64,000 nucleotides of DNA, taken from the NCBI GenBank assembly GCA_010015585.1, contig ML975152.1. One strand, given 5' to 3'. The stretch is from Eremomyces bilateralis CBS 781.70. Its lineage: Eukaryota. Every line of letters begins with the position of its first letter. Position 1 is the first letter of the stretch. The translations under genes and the position numbers were made by a program. Shown piece after piece: positions 1 to 9,955 of this stretch. The notes under the pieces are model-generated. The model worked only from the letters and a program-made list of their open reading frames with translations, searched no databases and had not been told where the DNA came from.

Positions 1-396
1 TTATTAGGCCTTCGATTACCACTAATTTCTGTGCCAAAAGACCTCATTTTGGTAAAGTTATTGATTGTCCAAGTAAGTGGTGGGTGTAGAGATATTAGCT
101 GAGACTGGGGTCTGTGCGCAGACTCTTGGCTTAGTACTTTACCTATTCTAGTTTTACCATGATGGCCCAGGGCTGACAGCTCACTTCATCATTCACTCAA
201 CCACAGCACCACTCCATCAATTCTCCGTTTGCTGATATCATCTTGTTTACTCTCGACTCCTCGCTTCCACTTCCACTTCCACTTTCAACTTCATCTTTTT
301 TCTTTGCAGTATATAATCTCATGTCTCCAACAAACACCTGTATCCGAACAATCCAGCTTACCGTTTTCCACTATCGCACTCAGCTCGACTTCCTCC

Positions 397-2307
397 ATGT
401 CGGAATCCACTCTCAAACTGCGGCGTAAACGGCGGGTGAAAAGCCATCTCCAGGCCAAAATGGAGGCTCTCACGGAAAGCTTGGATGCTTATCTCCTCCA
501 TTCCGGACACGTCGGCGATGACATCGACTTCTCAATTGACGAGTGGGTTGCCATGAAACGTTTCCTCGACCCACATGAGAGTACCGATTACCTCTATGAT
601 ACCCTCGATTGGCCCAGCGAACAGTACACACGCGCCGAATTCCATTCCATCACTCGAAAAATGGATCTTGACGAGTATTTCGAGTTGGCAACGTGTCTCA
701 GCGAAGATGAGATGAACGCATTCGCCGACTACAGTCCGCTCGATCATGGCGTGCGCAACGATGAACCCGATGATTCGGCCCTTGATTGGATCACCTACAG
801 CACCCGATATTCTAACGCAGACACGTCCGACGAAAAAATGGCAAAAGCCTTGATTAGCAGACTGTACGAGTTCCACCAACCAAAGGATATGGGCATAAGG
901 CAATTTGAACGAATCGTGCGTAAGCTACCGCGAGACGATGTTAAGGAACTCATGGCAGCCATGACAGAAGATCCATCGGCTTCTCCGTACATTTGTCGGC
1001 AAGAGGTGGAGAAGGTAATTCGTGAAGAGCTCAAAGGACAGCAAGGCAATGCTTGGACACAGATGCAGCGGGAGTTTGATCGCGCCTTCAACATCCTGGG
1101 CAAGGTTAAAGACTGCACAGCTACTATGGTCAAAATGCGTTTGATTCCATCCTCTCCTTCTGCTGACCCACCCCATGCGAACGCCCCCAGTGTACCTCCG
1201 GTCAACAAGAACCATGTCATCTCCAAATCCGAACCTCAAATCCACACTGATGATGACTCGGGAATTGGTACTGAGGAGAGCTCAGAAGGCGAGAGTTCGG
1301 ATGCAACCAGCTCAGAGTCAAACAGTTCAGACTCGGGTTCAGACACCAGCTCAGAGCAAAGTTCGTCAAAGTCGATTGATTCAGTCCCTGATAGCCCTAC
1401 TCGTGCTGCCCCATCCCGAAAGCGTGTCCTCAAACAGCCTTTACCACCACCCGAACCACTTCCGAAAGAAGGGAAGAAGCGAATGCGCGGGTCTATATCA
1501 GATACACCCCCCGGGGTCGATGGAGGTCCACAGTCGGAGATGAAGGAGGCAAAGAAAGTTAAAGCCACCGACACAGCCAACGCATTAGTCGCAACTACGA
1601 CAACTATTCTTACGAAACGCAACAAGAAGTCTCAGAACGTATATCTGACTAGCAAGTACTTCAGCCAGCCCTCGGTTGACGCGGATACACTTTCGCCGCA
1701 GCGACCAAAGAGTAGAAAGAAAGCTGGAAGCAAGCGAAAAAGCTCTGTTAGACTCCAATCCCCCCCAAATGGGCCCAGCAGCGACAATGCAATCTCGAAT
1801 ACTACGGATAACACCGAGAACCCCAACATGTTCTCAAGACTCTCCCCCGCACCCAATGTTAAGGCGGCTACACCTACCCGTCATCGCCCTGAGATATCAA
1901 TCGCTACCGCTGGCCCCAAGAAAACCTTCAGTGCTCTGTCCATCTCACGGGGAAACCCACGAGCATCTGCGGAGAACGAACCAGACGACAGCATGATCAA
2001 ACCGGTCAAGCGTGAGATGATTGAGGCTAACCCTCTTCCTTCCACACCTAAATTTCCGACTCAACCAACGAAATCAGCCCATCCGCAGACAGAAAAACGC
2101 GTGTCGGAGCAACCGAAAGCAAGAAAGGCCCGTCATTCGGATACTAGTACGCTTGCAAAGGACTACCGCGATCCCTCGCTGTTTTCCTTGCCGCCCCAGA
2201 GCCCATCCAAGTCACACCAAACCTCGTTCTCCTTCATTGATCCGAGTCGGCCGAAGCCGCCCATCTTCGACCCTTGGTCGAGTTTTCAGCGGCCGATGAA
2301 GCATTGA
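397..2307 (+). CDS. Long, mostly low-complexity ORF; probably the N-terminal part of the downstream MBD4-like glycosylase gene
   Basis: First ATG at 397 (MSESTLKLRRKRR), open to TGA 2307. Acidic N-terminus, then Ser/Pro/Lys-rich. Contains TSKYFS, like the S-x-Y-F motifs upstream of MBD4 glycosylase domains. Confidence 0.6.
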   Translation: MSESTLKLRRKRRVKSHLQAKMEALTESLDAYLLHSGHVGDDIDFSIDEWVAMKRFLDPHESTDYLYDTLDWPSEQYTRAEFHSITRKMDLDEYFELATCLSEDEMNAFADYSPLDHGVRNDEPDDSALDWITYSTRYSNADTSDEKMAKALISRLYEFHQPKDMGIRQFERIVRKLPRDDVKELMAAMTEDPSASPYICRQEVEKVIREELKGQQGNAWTQMQREFDRAFNILGKVKDCTATMVKMRLIPSSPSADPPHANAPSVPPVNKNHVISKSEPQIHTDDDSGIGTEESSEGESSDATSSESNSSDSGSDTSSEQSSSKSIDSVPDSPTRAAPSRKRVLKQPLPPPEPLPKEGKKRMRGSISDTPPGVDGGPQSEMKEAKKVKATDTANALVATTTTILTKRNKKSQNVYLTSKYFSQPSVDADTLSPQRPKSRKKAGSKRKSSVRLQSPPNGPSSDNAISNTTDNTENPNMFSRLSPAPNVKAATPTRHRPEISIATAGPKKTFSALSISRGNPRASAENEPDDSMIKPVKREMIEANPLPSTPKFPTQPTKSAHPQTEKRVSEQPKARKARHSDTSTLAKDYRDPSLFSLPPQSPSKSHQTSFSFIDPSRPKPPIFDPWSSFQRPMKH

Positions 2308-3344
2308 ACTTGAACAGTATCACTGCTGAGGCTACTGGGACAATAGAAACCACGGGGATGGAGGATGATGGTTCAACATCATGTACGCTCACCATCGTGT
2401 CTCTACCTCCGCAAGAGCGGGAGGACCAAAACTACACTGCTACAAAGCGGAAAGTAGTCAAAGTATCTGAAAAGGTCTCCCCATACTTTTCTCCATCGAC
2501 CCCTCCAGTCGCTCCAAAAAATGGCAAAGAAACTGCTAGCGTGCCATCAACCCTTCCTTTCCCTCCCCTATCTTCTAACGGGCTTGGTCTCATTCAAGAG
2601 ACCCTCGCACATCATCCATTCCAACTTCTCGTGGCGGTTACCCTCCTTAATAAAACCCGTGGCTCTGTCGCTATACCGGTTTTCCACGCATTGATGAACC
2701 AATTCCCTGATCCGGAGCAACTGTCACACGCGAGTGTCGAAGAGGTGGAATCCATGATCGGAACTCTAGGCCTGCAACGAGTGCGAGCAAAAGGATTGGT
2801 GTCAATGGCGAAGCTCTGGCTAGAGAATCCACCAACGAAGGGTGTACGATACGGAAAGCGAGGATATCCTGTTGCAGCAAAGTCGTTCGACAGCCTCAGT
2901 AAAGGCCCTAGGCGTACACCACTGGTACGAGACGGAGAAGTCATAGACGATGAAGTAGTGGGCGGCCGGATCAACTGCGCCTGGGAAATCGCCCATCTCC
3001 CATGCGTCGGTGCCTATGCCCTGGACAGCTGGCGGATCTTTTGCCGAGACGAACTACGCGGCGTCGCAACCGGCTACAACGGCGAAGGACAAGTCGATGA
3101 CGGCGATGTCACGGTGCCGTTTGAGCCCGAGTGGATGCGCGTCCAGCCCACAGACAAGGAACTCCGGGCGTTCGTGCGCTGGATGTGGCTCAAGGAAGGG
3201 TGGATCTGGAATCCAGAAACGGGAGAGCGGGAGGTGGCGGGGCAGGAATTGTTGGAGAGGGCGGAGCGGGGGGAGTTCGTGCTGCAGGCAGGGATTGCGA
3301 AGGATGTGGTGGATTCGTGGAGGATCGGCCATGGGGATGTTTAA
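2274..3344 (+). CDS. HhH-GPD DNA glycosylase, MBD4-like
   Basis: GLIQETLAHHPFQLLVAVTLLNKTRG, LGLQRVRAK and LPCVGAYALDSWRIFCRD match the MBD4 catalytic domain. The start is uncertain (ATG 2358, or spliced to the upstream ORF). Confidence 0.85.
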   Translation: MVEFSAADEALNLNSITAEATGTIETTGMEDDGSTSCTLTIVSLPPQEREDQNYTATKRKVVKVSEKVSPYFSPSTPPVAPKNGKETASVPSTLPFPPLSSNGLGLIQETLAHHPFQLLVAVTLLNKTRGSVAIPVFHALMNQFPDPEQLSHASVEEVESMIGTLGLQRVRAKGLVSMAKLWLENPPTKGVRYGKRGYPVAAKSFDSLSKGPRRTPLVRDGEVIDDEVVGGRINCAWEIAHLPCVGAYALDSWRIFCRDELRGVATGYNGEGQVDDGDVTVPFEPEWMRVQPTDKELRAFVRWMWLKEGWIWNPETGEREVAGQELLERAERGEFVLQAGIAKDVVDSWRIGHGDV

Positions 3345-3598
3345 GGCGTTATGTGCGTATGGACGGTATCGATACCCCTTCCTTTCCGTTATCGGAGGGT
3401 TCTCTTTTTTTTTCTTATGGACGGTTAACAGCAGAGTAACAGGGTACGTACCAGTGTCTCAAGGTCTGCCCTACGAAGGTGGGAGTTGTTCGCTCATCCG
3501 CGGGGATGAGGTAGCATATGGCATCGTATGATAGATCCCAATGAATGGAATTACGCAGTTTGTTGCGATTGTGAAACATTTTTATGAAGCTACAGTTC

Positions 3599-4165
3599 AT
3601 CACCGCGAGTGGTCACAAACCCAAGTGGGATAGATGGCACCAGAGACCCGAGATTGTATTCATTTGAGAGGGATCTTCCCCCTCTCATTGCTCCCTAACG
3701 CGAAGGGCCAGGTCGGCGCCCCCTTCCTCCCTCCCCCTTGTCCATCCGATCCCCCTCCAACTCCGCCGTCCCCGCCACCACACCCCCAGAGACTCGCGCC
3801 AACCCTAGCGCCACCCCAGCCACCCCCGCCAGGCCCTCCTCCCTCGCGGCCGCAACTCGAACCAGCTTCATCCACCATCGCAGCAAAGCGGAAAACAGGC
3901 AGCGCCCACTGGTACTTAGCGCCCTCGGCGGCGACCACGTTGGTATACGTCTGGCGCAGGTCGGCCATCTCCCCCTCCACCACGACTCGGCTCGCCCTGA
4001 CCGCGTCTCCTTTCTATTTGAGGAGGGTACACTTATGTCTTAGAAGGCATCACTAAGCCCTACTTACAGAAATTGTTACTGTTCATTTCGAATTATTAAA
4101 TTGATGATTGTTTTAGTAGATGCAATGGAGGGATGGATGGATTTGATAATTTGCGTGGATGAAAT
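3599..4165. repeat. Copy 1 of a diverged local duplication (copy 2 at 5699-5865), with an extra GC-rich segment 3688-4062
   Basis: atcaccgcgagtggtcaca..caagtgggatagatg and cttacagaaattgtta..ttgcgtggatgaaat occur in both copies. Confidence 0.85.
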
Positions 4166-4211
4166 GGATAGGTGGTCGGTTGGATTAAGTGAAAAGCAAA
4201 CGGAATGACTT

Positions 4212-4625
4212 TCACTTCAATCTCAACTCTCCAATCTTAACCCTTAGCTCTTCCTACAGTTTGGCCATCATCTGAAACCATCAAGGAGATTCGACGGTCA
4301 ACCCTCCTTAGTATCGTTCTGCTGCTTCATTTGGAGGCAGAAATTGATATCTATAGTCTTGATCCTGATCGAAGCACAATTACCCCAAGGGCGTCGACAG
4401 ACCAGAACTTTTAATCATTACCTGCCTTCGCTTTCTCCTTTTTAGTATGCTGGAGGTGTGCGTCGAAGGCGATGGGCAACCGATTTCTTTCACTCCGGAT
4501 GTCTGATCATCACTTCAATCCTAACATCAATCGTAACCCCTCAGCTCTTCCTAATGTTTGGCCATCATCGAACTGAAATCATCAAGGAGATTCGGCCATC
4601 AACCTCCTCAGTATCGTTCTGCTGT
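4212..4625. repeat. Diverged ~115 bp direct repeat (about 4212-4325 and 4510-4625)
   Basis: tcacttcaatc..agctcttccta..gtttggccatcatc..catcaaggagattcg..agtatcgttctgctg is present twice. Confidence 0.85.
4363..4500. repeat. Dispersed repeat; second copy at 32051-32239
   Basis: Shared blocks agggcgtcga, aatcattacc and ctggaggtg..cgtcgaaggcga..ggcaa.cgatttctt..tccggat. Confidence 0.8.
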
Positions 4626-4883
4626 TCCTCTACACACTGCTCCTTCTGCCTGCCGACTTTCCACAATGAACACCACTGTTCTTGCCAATTATGATTCGGG
4701 AATACACATAAACATGATACACATAAACATATCTACCGGTCCCATGTTCAATCCCTCTCTCTCCAAGTCTCTTGATATCAGCATGCATCCCACAATGCAC
4801 TTCATTGGAATATCCTCTACTATTTGTATCACTGAACATTCATGCTCTCAAATCGTAGCTGTCCCCCTGTCAAAGCCAATGCC

Positions 4884-5420
4884 ATGGATCCCGATTCATT
4901 CGTCTTTCGTCTGCGCATGTACGCCATCCACACCCTCCAGCTTTACTTTTCGGTAATGATGGGAGTGGCGACAACCGAGACCACCATGTTAATTACCAAT
5001 TGCGCGCTATTCGCTCTTGCTTGCGGTGGAATTGCGACGTCCTGTACCATGATGTTCCATTTCTGGGATTACATGTTCCCAATGTCCGACTATGGGCGGC
5101 GGCATGTGATGATGGGGAGAGCTATGGGAGTGATCTTCACGACTTCCATCGTCTTCCAGGAGACCTTGCTGTCTCTCCAGAACGCAGAATTCATCACCCC
5201 CCTCTTCCCGTAAGTGGTCGCATACTGGAGACAGGTGTCCCCAGGGCTGACACCGCCATGAAGGGACCTCAGGGCAGGGTCGATATACCAGGCGGCTCGC
5301 GATTCCGGTGCTGCCATCGCCTCGATGCTTTCGGCAGGTTCGACGGTTGAAACCAGCGCTATGGCCGCGATATACGATTCAAGTATTAACGAATTCGACG
5401 CCGGCACCACTCAGACATAG
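4884..5420 (+). CDS. Small hydrophobic (putative multi-pass membrane) hypothetical protein, 2 exons
   Basis: ATG 4884. Intron 5210-5263 (GTAAGT..GCTGAC..AAG) keeps the frame open to TAG 5420. Several hydrophobic stretches. Confidence 0.5.
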
Positions 5421-5698
5421 CGTCCGGTCTAAGGAAGTCTTCCTCCAGATGAGAGATGATGCCACAGCTGGGCCTGGGGCGCTATTCAAGGGATCAATAT
5501 TTTATGGCTGAAAGGTCGAGAGGTCGCAGAGGTTTCGTGGGATGGACGCTAGAATTCTACATGCCTTGTCCATACCCGTCACCAATACGAGTGCATAAAA
5601 TTCGAGATGTGATCATCCCAGCCTCCTTCGTACTCTACAATGTATAGAGTCCATAGTCTGTACATAGCTCATGGTTTTGAGTTCATGTTCTATGAGTT

Positions 5699-5865
5699 AT
5701 CACCGAGAGTGGTCACATAGTCAAGTGGGATAGATGTCGCCAGGGACCTGAGATTATATTCCTGTGTGATGTGAGAAGGATCTCTCCCCCCTCACTTACA
5801 GAAATTGTTATTGCTCATTTTTAATTTGTTAAATTGGTGGATTTGATGATTTGCGTGGATGAAAT
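5699..5865. repeat. Copy 2 of the local duplication (shorter relative of 3599-4165)
   Basis: Visual alignment; the left end is offset by 2100 bp from copy 1. Confidence 0.85.
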
Positions 5866-6081
5866 AGTTTGATGGTTTTTTGTGTGAAGTTGAAAAATGA
5901 AAAAAGGACACGAACATCAGTCGGAAAGAGAGGTATTGTCGACAAAGGGAATTTGTTTTTCATACCTACCTTAGTTCTATGTCGTTGCTGTCATGTACCT
6001 GGCTCTACTAGTCAACCCCCTTTCTGTCCCAGGCACAGAAAACACTGAACAATAGCGTTGGGTTGAAAGCTAACCTTTTCT

Positions 6082-6340
6082 TACCCGGATGAGGGACGCT
6101 GGAGCAGGGCCGGGGACACAATTCAAAGACGTAATATTCACTATATCCGTTACCTAGATGAAGGGACACTGGAACAGGGCTGGGGAAACGATTCAGAGGC
6201 TCAATATTTCGTAGTTTCCAAATCGACAGATCGAGGAGGATCTATAGGAAGAATACTATAATTCTATAAGCATAATGTCTCCCCATACCCGCTACCTAGA
6301 TGAAGGATACTGGAGCGGGGCCGGGGACACGATCCAAGGG
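6082..6340. repeat. Three ~50 bp diverged repeats starting at 6082, 6151 and 6293
   Basis: Consensus approximately TACCTAGATGAAGGAYRCTGGAGCAGGGCCGGGGACACGATTCA. Confidence 0.8.
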
Positions 6341-6700
6341 ACTGTAGTGATGATTGCATCACCAACGTGTCCGCAAGCCGTGACAGCACCTTGTGAATCC
6401 CTTCTACCATTCTCTCACTTGACCCTGGTGGTTCTATTCGCATGCATGAGATTAAACGCATCTAATCCACGTACGGGATCAGTCGCTCTGCAGTGAAGTC
6501 ACTGGTGTCTCCACCATTTGGAATCTCGATCATAAGTTCCCGATCCAGTCCCACTTGCTCGCCATACGGGGAGATACATCTCGTGCTTCCCCGCCATGCA
6601 TTGATTTAATCGGATTCGTAATGCCTCAATGCTCCATCGGGAACCGATTTCAATGTGTCGGGAGTCTGCAAGGGTGTTTCAGGGGAACCCCTGGACTATC

Positions 6701-7646
6701 TCACGATGATTGTGGAAGCACGTCGTCCCAAGAAAGTTCGTAGCCGAATACGGTTCGCCGGAGCAGCTCATCCTACAAAATTTGTCAGTTGAGCTAATCA
6801 CACAGCAATCACATATCACTACACGCTGGTGGGAAAGGAGACTTTGCAACTCAGCTGTACTCACACCTCGATCCTCCTCGAACATAACCTTCTCTTCCAC
6901 CCACTCCCCTACTTTAGTAACCTTCAACCCACCCTGCTTTGCGAGCTCGAAGAACGCCAAATCTTTCTGCAGCAGCCACGGTCGATACGGACTGAAAAAT
7001 ACTAGCGCCCTGGCGCCCTCGCCGCGCCGAAGCGTCGATTGGACCGTTTTGAGCAGCGCGTGATGCTCCGAATGGTTGAAGAGGAGGTCTGCCAACAGAA
7101 CCATATCGAACGCGCGGTCATTCACGTCCCCCGTTGCTTGAGGAATATGTGCAAGTAGCGAGCTTGGATCAGCACCCCAGAGGAAACCCTCCGCATGCAA
7201 TGTCCCAGGGAGACCCGACTCCGACAGTGTTTTCACGTTTAACGCGAGGTTCTCCACAAGGTCGGCGTCCGGGTAGTCGGTGACAATGACGGCCTTCGCC
7301 CCGAGCTTTGCACAGACGAGACTCGGCAGACCCGCACCAGCACCAAGCTCCAACACTGCTTTGCCTGGCAGAAATGTAGCTAGGTGTTCTTCTAGATATC
7401 TCGATACTCGACGGGCGCCCTGCCAAAGGTGATGTCCCTAAGGCACGTCAATACCATGTACGTCCAGCTAGAAATCAACCTTACCCAGAGAGCATTAAAT
7501 CCGACCATGCGCAGCTCCAGTTTTGTTCCATTCATCATTTGATACGAAGCCTTTGTCGGTTGTTTCTCTTCGGGGAAAAACCCTTCCGGCTCCTGGAACA
7601 TATGGGAGGCACCTAGCTCATCTCCGTCGTCTTCGTGGTTCGACAT
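6701..7646 (-). CDS. EFM7: Protein N-terminal/lysine methyltransferase EFM7 (NNT1) family, 3 exons
   Basis: LWGHHLWQGA, VLELGAGAGLPS, VTDYPD, LADLLFNHSEH, FFSPYRPWL, DELLRRTVFGYEL. Introns 7438-7484 and 6773-6864. Confidence 0.93.
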
Positions 7647-9763
7647 TGTCCGGTTTCGACTTCATGGATGCCGACAGCGACTTGGATACCTCTCGATTGA
7701 CAGAACAAAGACTTGATGTTCAAAAAAACGTGCTAGTCCCATTGCGGCTAGCCCTGTTTCGCCACCACTCGACCACGACTTCAGACTTCATATTGGGATC
7801 TATCCTCTTGTACAGCATAAATTCTCCTACGGTACGGCTAAAGGCACACAATTTATTAGGAGTTCAGCGACATCATATCTTCCAGTCGGATGCAGTGGAC
7901 GAGGAGTACGGAAATGGACCCCATGGTTACTTTTCAAACCAATCGACTTGCAAACTAGAGGATAAGCTTTCCAATGAAAAATCATCATCCATCGCATGAC
8001 AGCAGTCACTTTCATACCTCCTAGGATACGGGTTAGGCGAACGGATGCATGATGCATCTATGCTTGAGCCATGGAGAACATGATGCAGCCAACCCAAAGT
8101 CGTCTAGGTAGGCGGGATGGTGGGCCGGCTTGCCGACCTGATATCGCGGTCATCTCATGTCTTCCTCGTCAAAAAGGAATACGGAAGGGTTCGATTGAAC
8201 TCACTGAAAGAGCAGTATGGTACTCCGTAATAGTCGTGGAAATGTAGTCGCATTGGATGGATCGATGCACTCCCGGTGGTTGGATTCATTGCCGCCATCA
8301 TAACCATCCGTGGAAACTGGAATGTAAACGACTAAACGTGGACAAAATATATTAATGCGGCAATTTCATGACCAGTCCCGCACCCGGGGTCCCCGGAAGG
8401 TAATAGAAGCTTCGTTCCTTCACCCCACGCATATGATCGCTTGGGATGGAATAGGGCATCAGCTTCGCCAATTAAGCTGACAGGTCGCGATCGACAACCT
8501 CCGTCTCAGAATGGCGAGAACCGTCCCTGCATGCATATCACATTATAACCGGGAGTCTGGTCAATGGATTTGTTGCGCGTGGTTTAACATGTAGATAGTA
8601 GCAACAGTCAAGTCGAGCACCCGTCCATCATACTACTGTACCCAAACCGAAGCATGTATCCCGAACCTGCGCAATTTGCCTAGGCGGAAGCATGTCCGTG
8701 GAGTCCAAGTGTACCCTCGTCGGACTCGATCAAATGCTGTATATCTGACTCTCGACCTCCTTCCCCGCGACCTAGCGTAGCTGGGAATGCGGACTAGGCG
8801 CACTGGGAGCAAGCCGGCCGCGTAGAACGAAGCTAAAAGTACATTTAGCATCCTTTGCGAGTGGAGAGTAAACGACATGAATAATATGACAGTGATCCTG
8901 GAAAAGAAACTTGCTCACAGGCAGGGGTTGTCGCGATGTGGGAAATAGTTGCTGGACGAATCACGGATGAGACAGTTGGATTGGAAATGATCAGTGAGGG
9001 ATTGATGATTCGTTGATGAAAATGTCTGGCAAAAATGTTTCAGTTCAAGCAGGAATGGAAATCTCGATTGGGTTAGTGGTCATGTGACATTTACGCCTGA
9101 GGACGCAAGGCAAACAGCGACGTTCTTTCATTCCCCCCACCAAGCACCCTTCATTTGATGTTTCACTGGAATCGGATTTCTCTGGATTTCAGATACAACA
9201 GAGACAGATAGTACTGTGCCTGTCACCACGATTGATCCTCCATTATTGCCCATTCCCATCGCTGCCGGTCATGCCGCATGCCCACCAAAGGTTCCATTAC
9301 CAGAGAATGTAAGCCATTTTCTGCTCCTTTCTACCCCGATGATCCCCTTCACGTCACCCTCTTCCCTTCAACTCCAAGTTTATATCTCGCCACCGACTGT
9401 ATCTGGAGCCCACAGTTGATTGAACCTTGAATTCTGGACTTTTATTTGATTTTATATCCAGTTTACTACTGGTGAATGTTGCCAAGTGCATGGCTGGAAG
9501 GTTTTATGCGCTCATACTTTCTCACTTTGCTGTTCCGTTTTCGCTGTCTCACATGCTCTCTCACTCTCCTCTACCCATCACCGAATCCAAACCACCTTGT
9601 TGTCCAACATTATTTTACATCCGAGTATTCGGGTCGGAAGAAAAGTAATTAACCGTTCTGTTCCTTTTACTTCCGTTCCTGTGTTCCCGCGCGGCTAACT
9701 GCAGCCGTGTGCAACGCTGATTCCCATACGTTGACTCGTTGGACTCCTTAATACCACTGTTAT

Positions 9764-9857
9764 TTTGCGCAAGTTTATTGTCATGTCTTTTGGTTTCACT
9801 ACAAGCACTGAGCAATGAAGTTCCCCCCCAGCCAATACATACATGGATATTTGCTCA
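9764..9857 (+). promoter_or_regulatory. Two Mac1-type copper response element-like motifs (TTTGCGCA 9764-9771; TATTTGCTCA 9848-9857)
   Basis: Match the S. cerevisiae CuRE consensus TTTGC(T/G)C(A/G) and lie 100-190 bp upstream of the copper-fist TF ATG. Confidence 0.35.
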
Positions 9858-9955
9858 CGACATGGCAGTTCTTTCGTACAGCCTGCGGCTGCATTGGACG
9901 TCGAAGTCCACCTGGCCAAGACACCTGGTCACCCTGGTACAACCATCGCCGTATA

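Noticed and set aside
6082..6340. CRISPR-like repeat-spacer arrangement
   Set aside because: Eukaryotic context, diverged ~50-bp repeats, irregular spacing and no cas genes.
7523..7999. 158-aa plus-strand ORF head-to-head with EFM7
   Set aside because: Overlaps the EFM7 start and promoter, with no recognisable motifs.
9645..9704. Possible 5' UTR intron of the copper TF
   Set aside because: The branch site is unusually close to the AG; it cannot be supported without transcripts.
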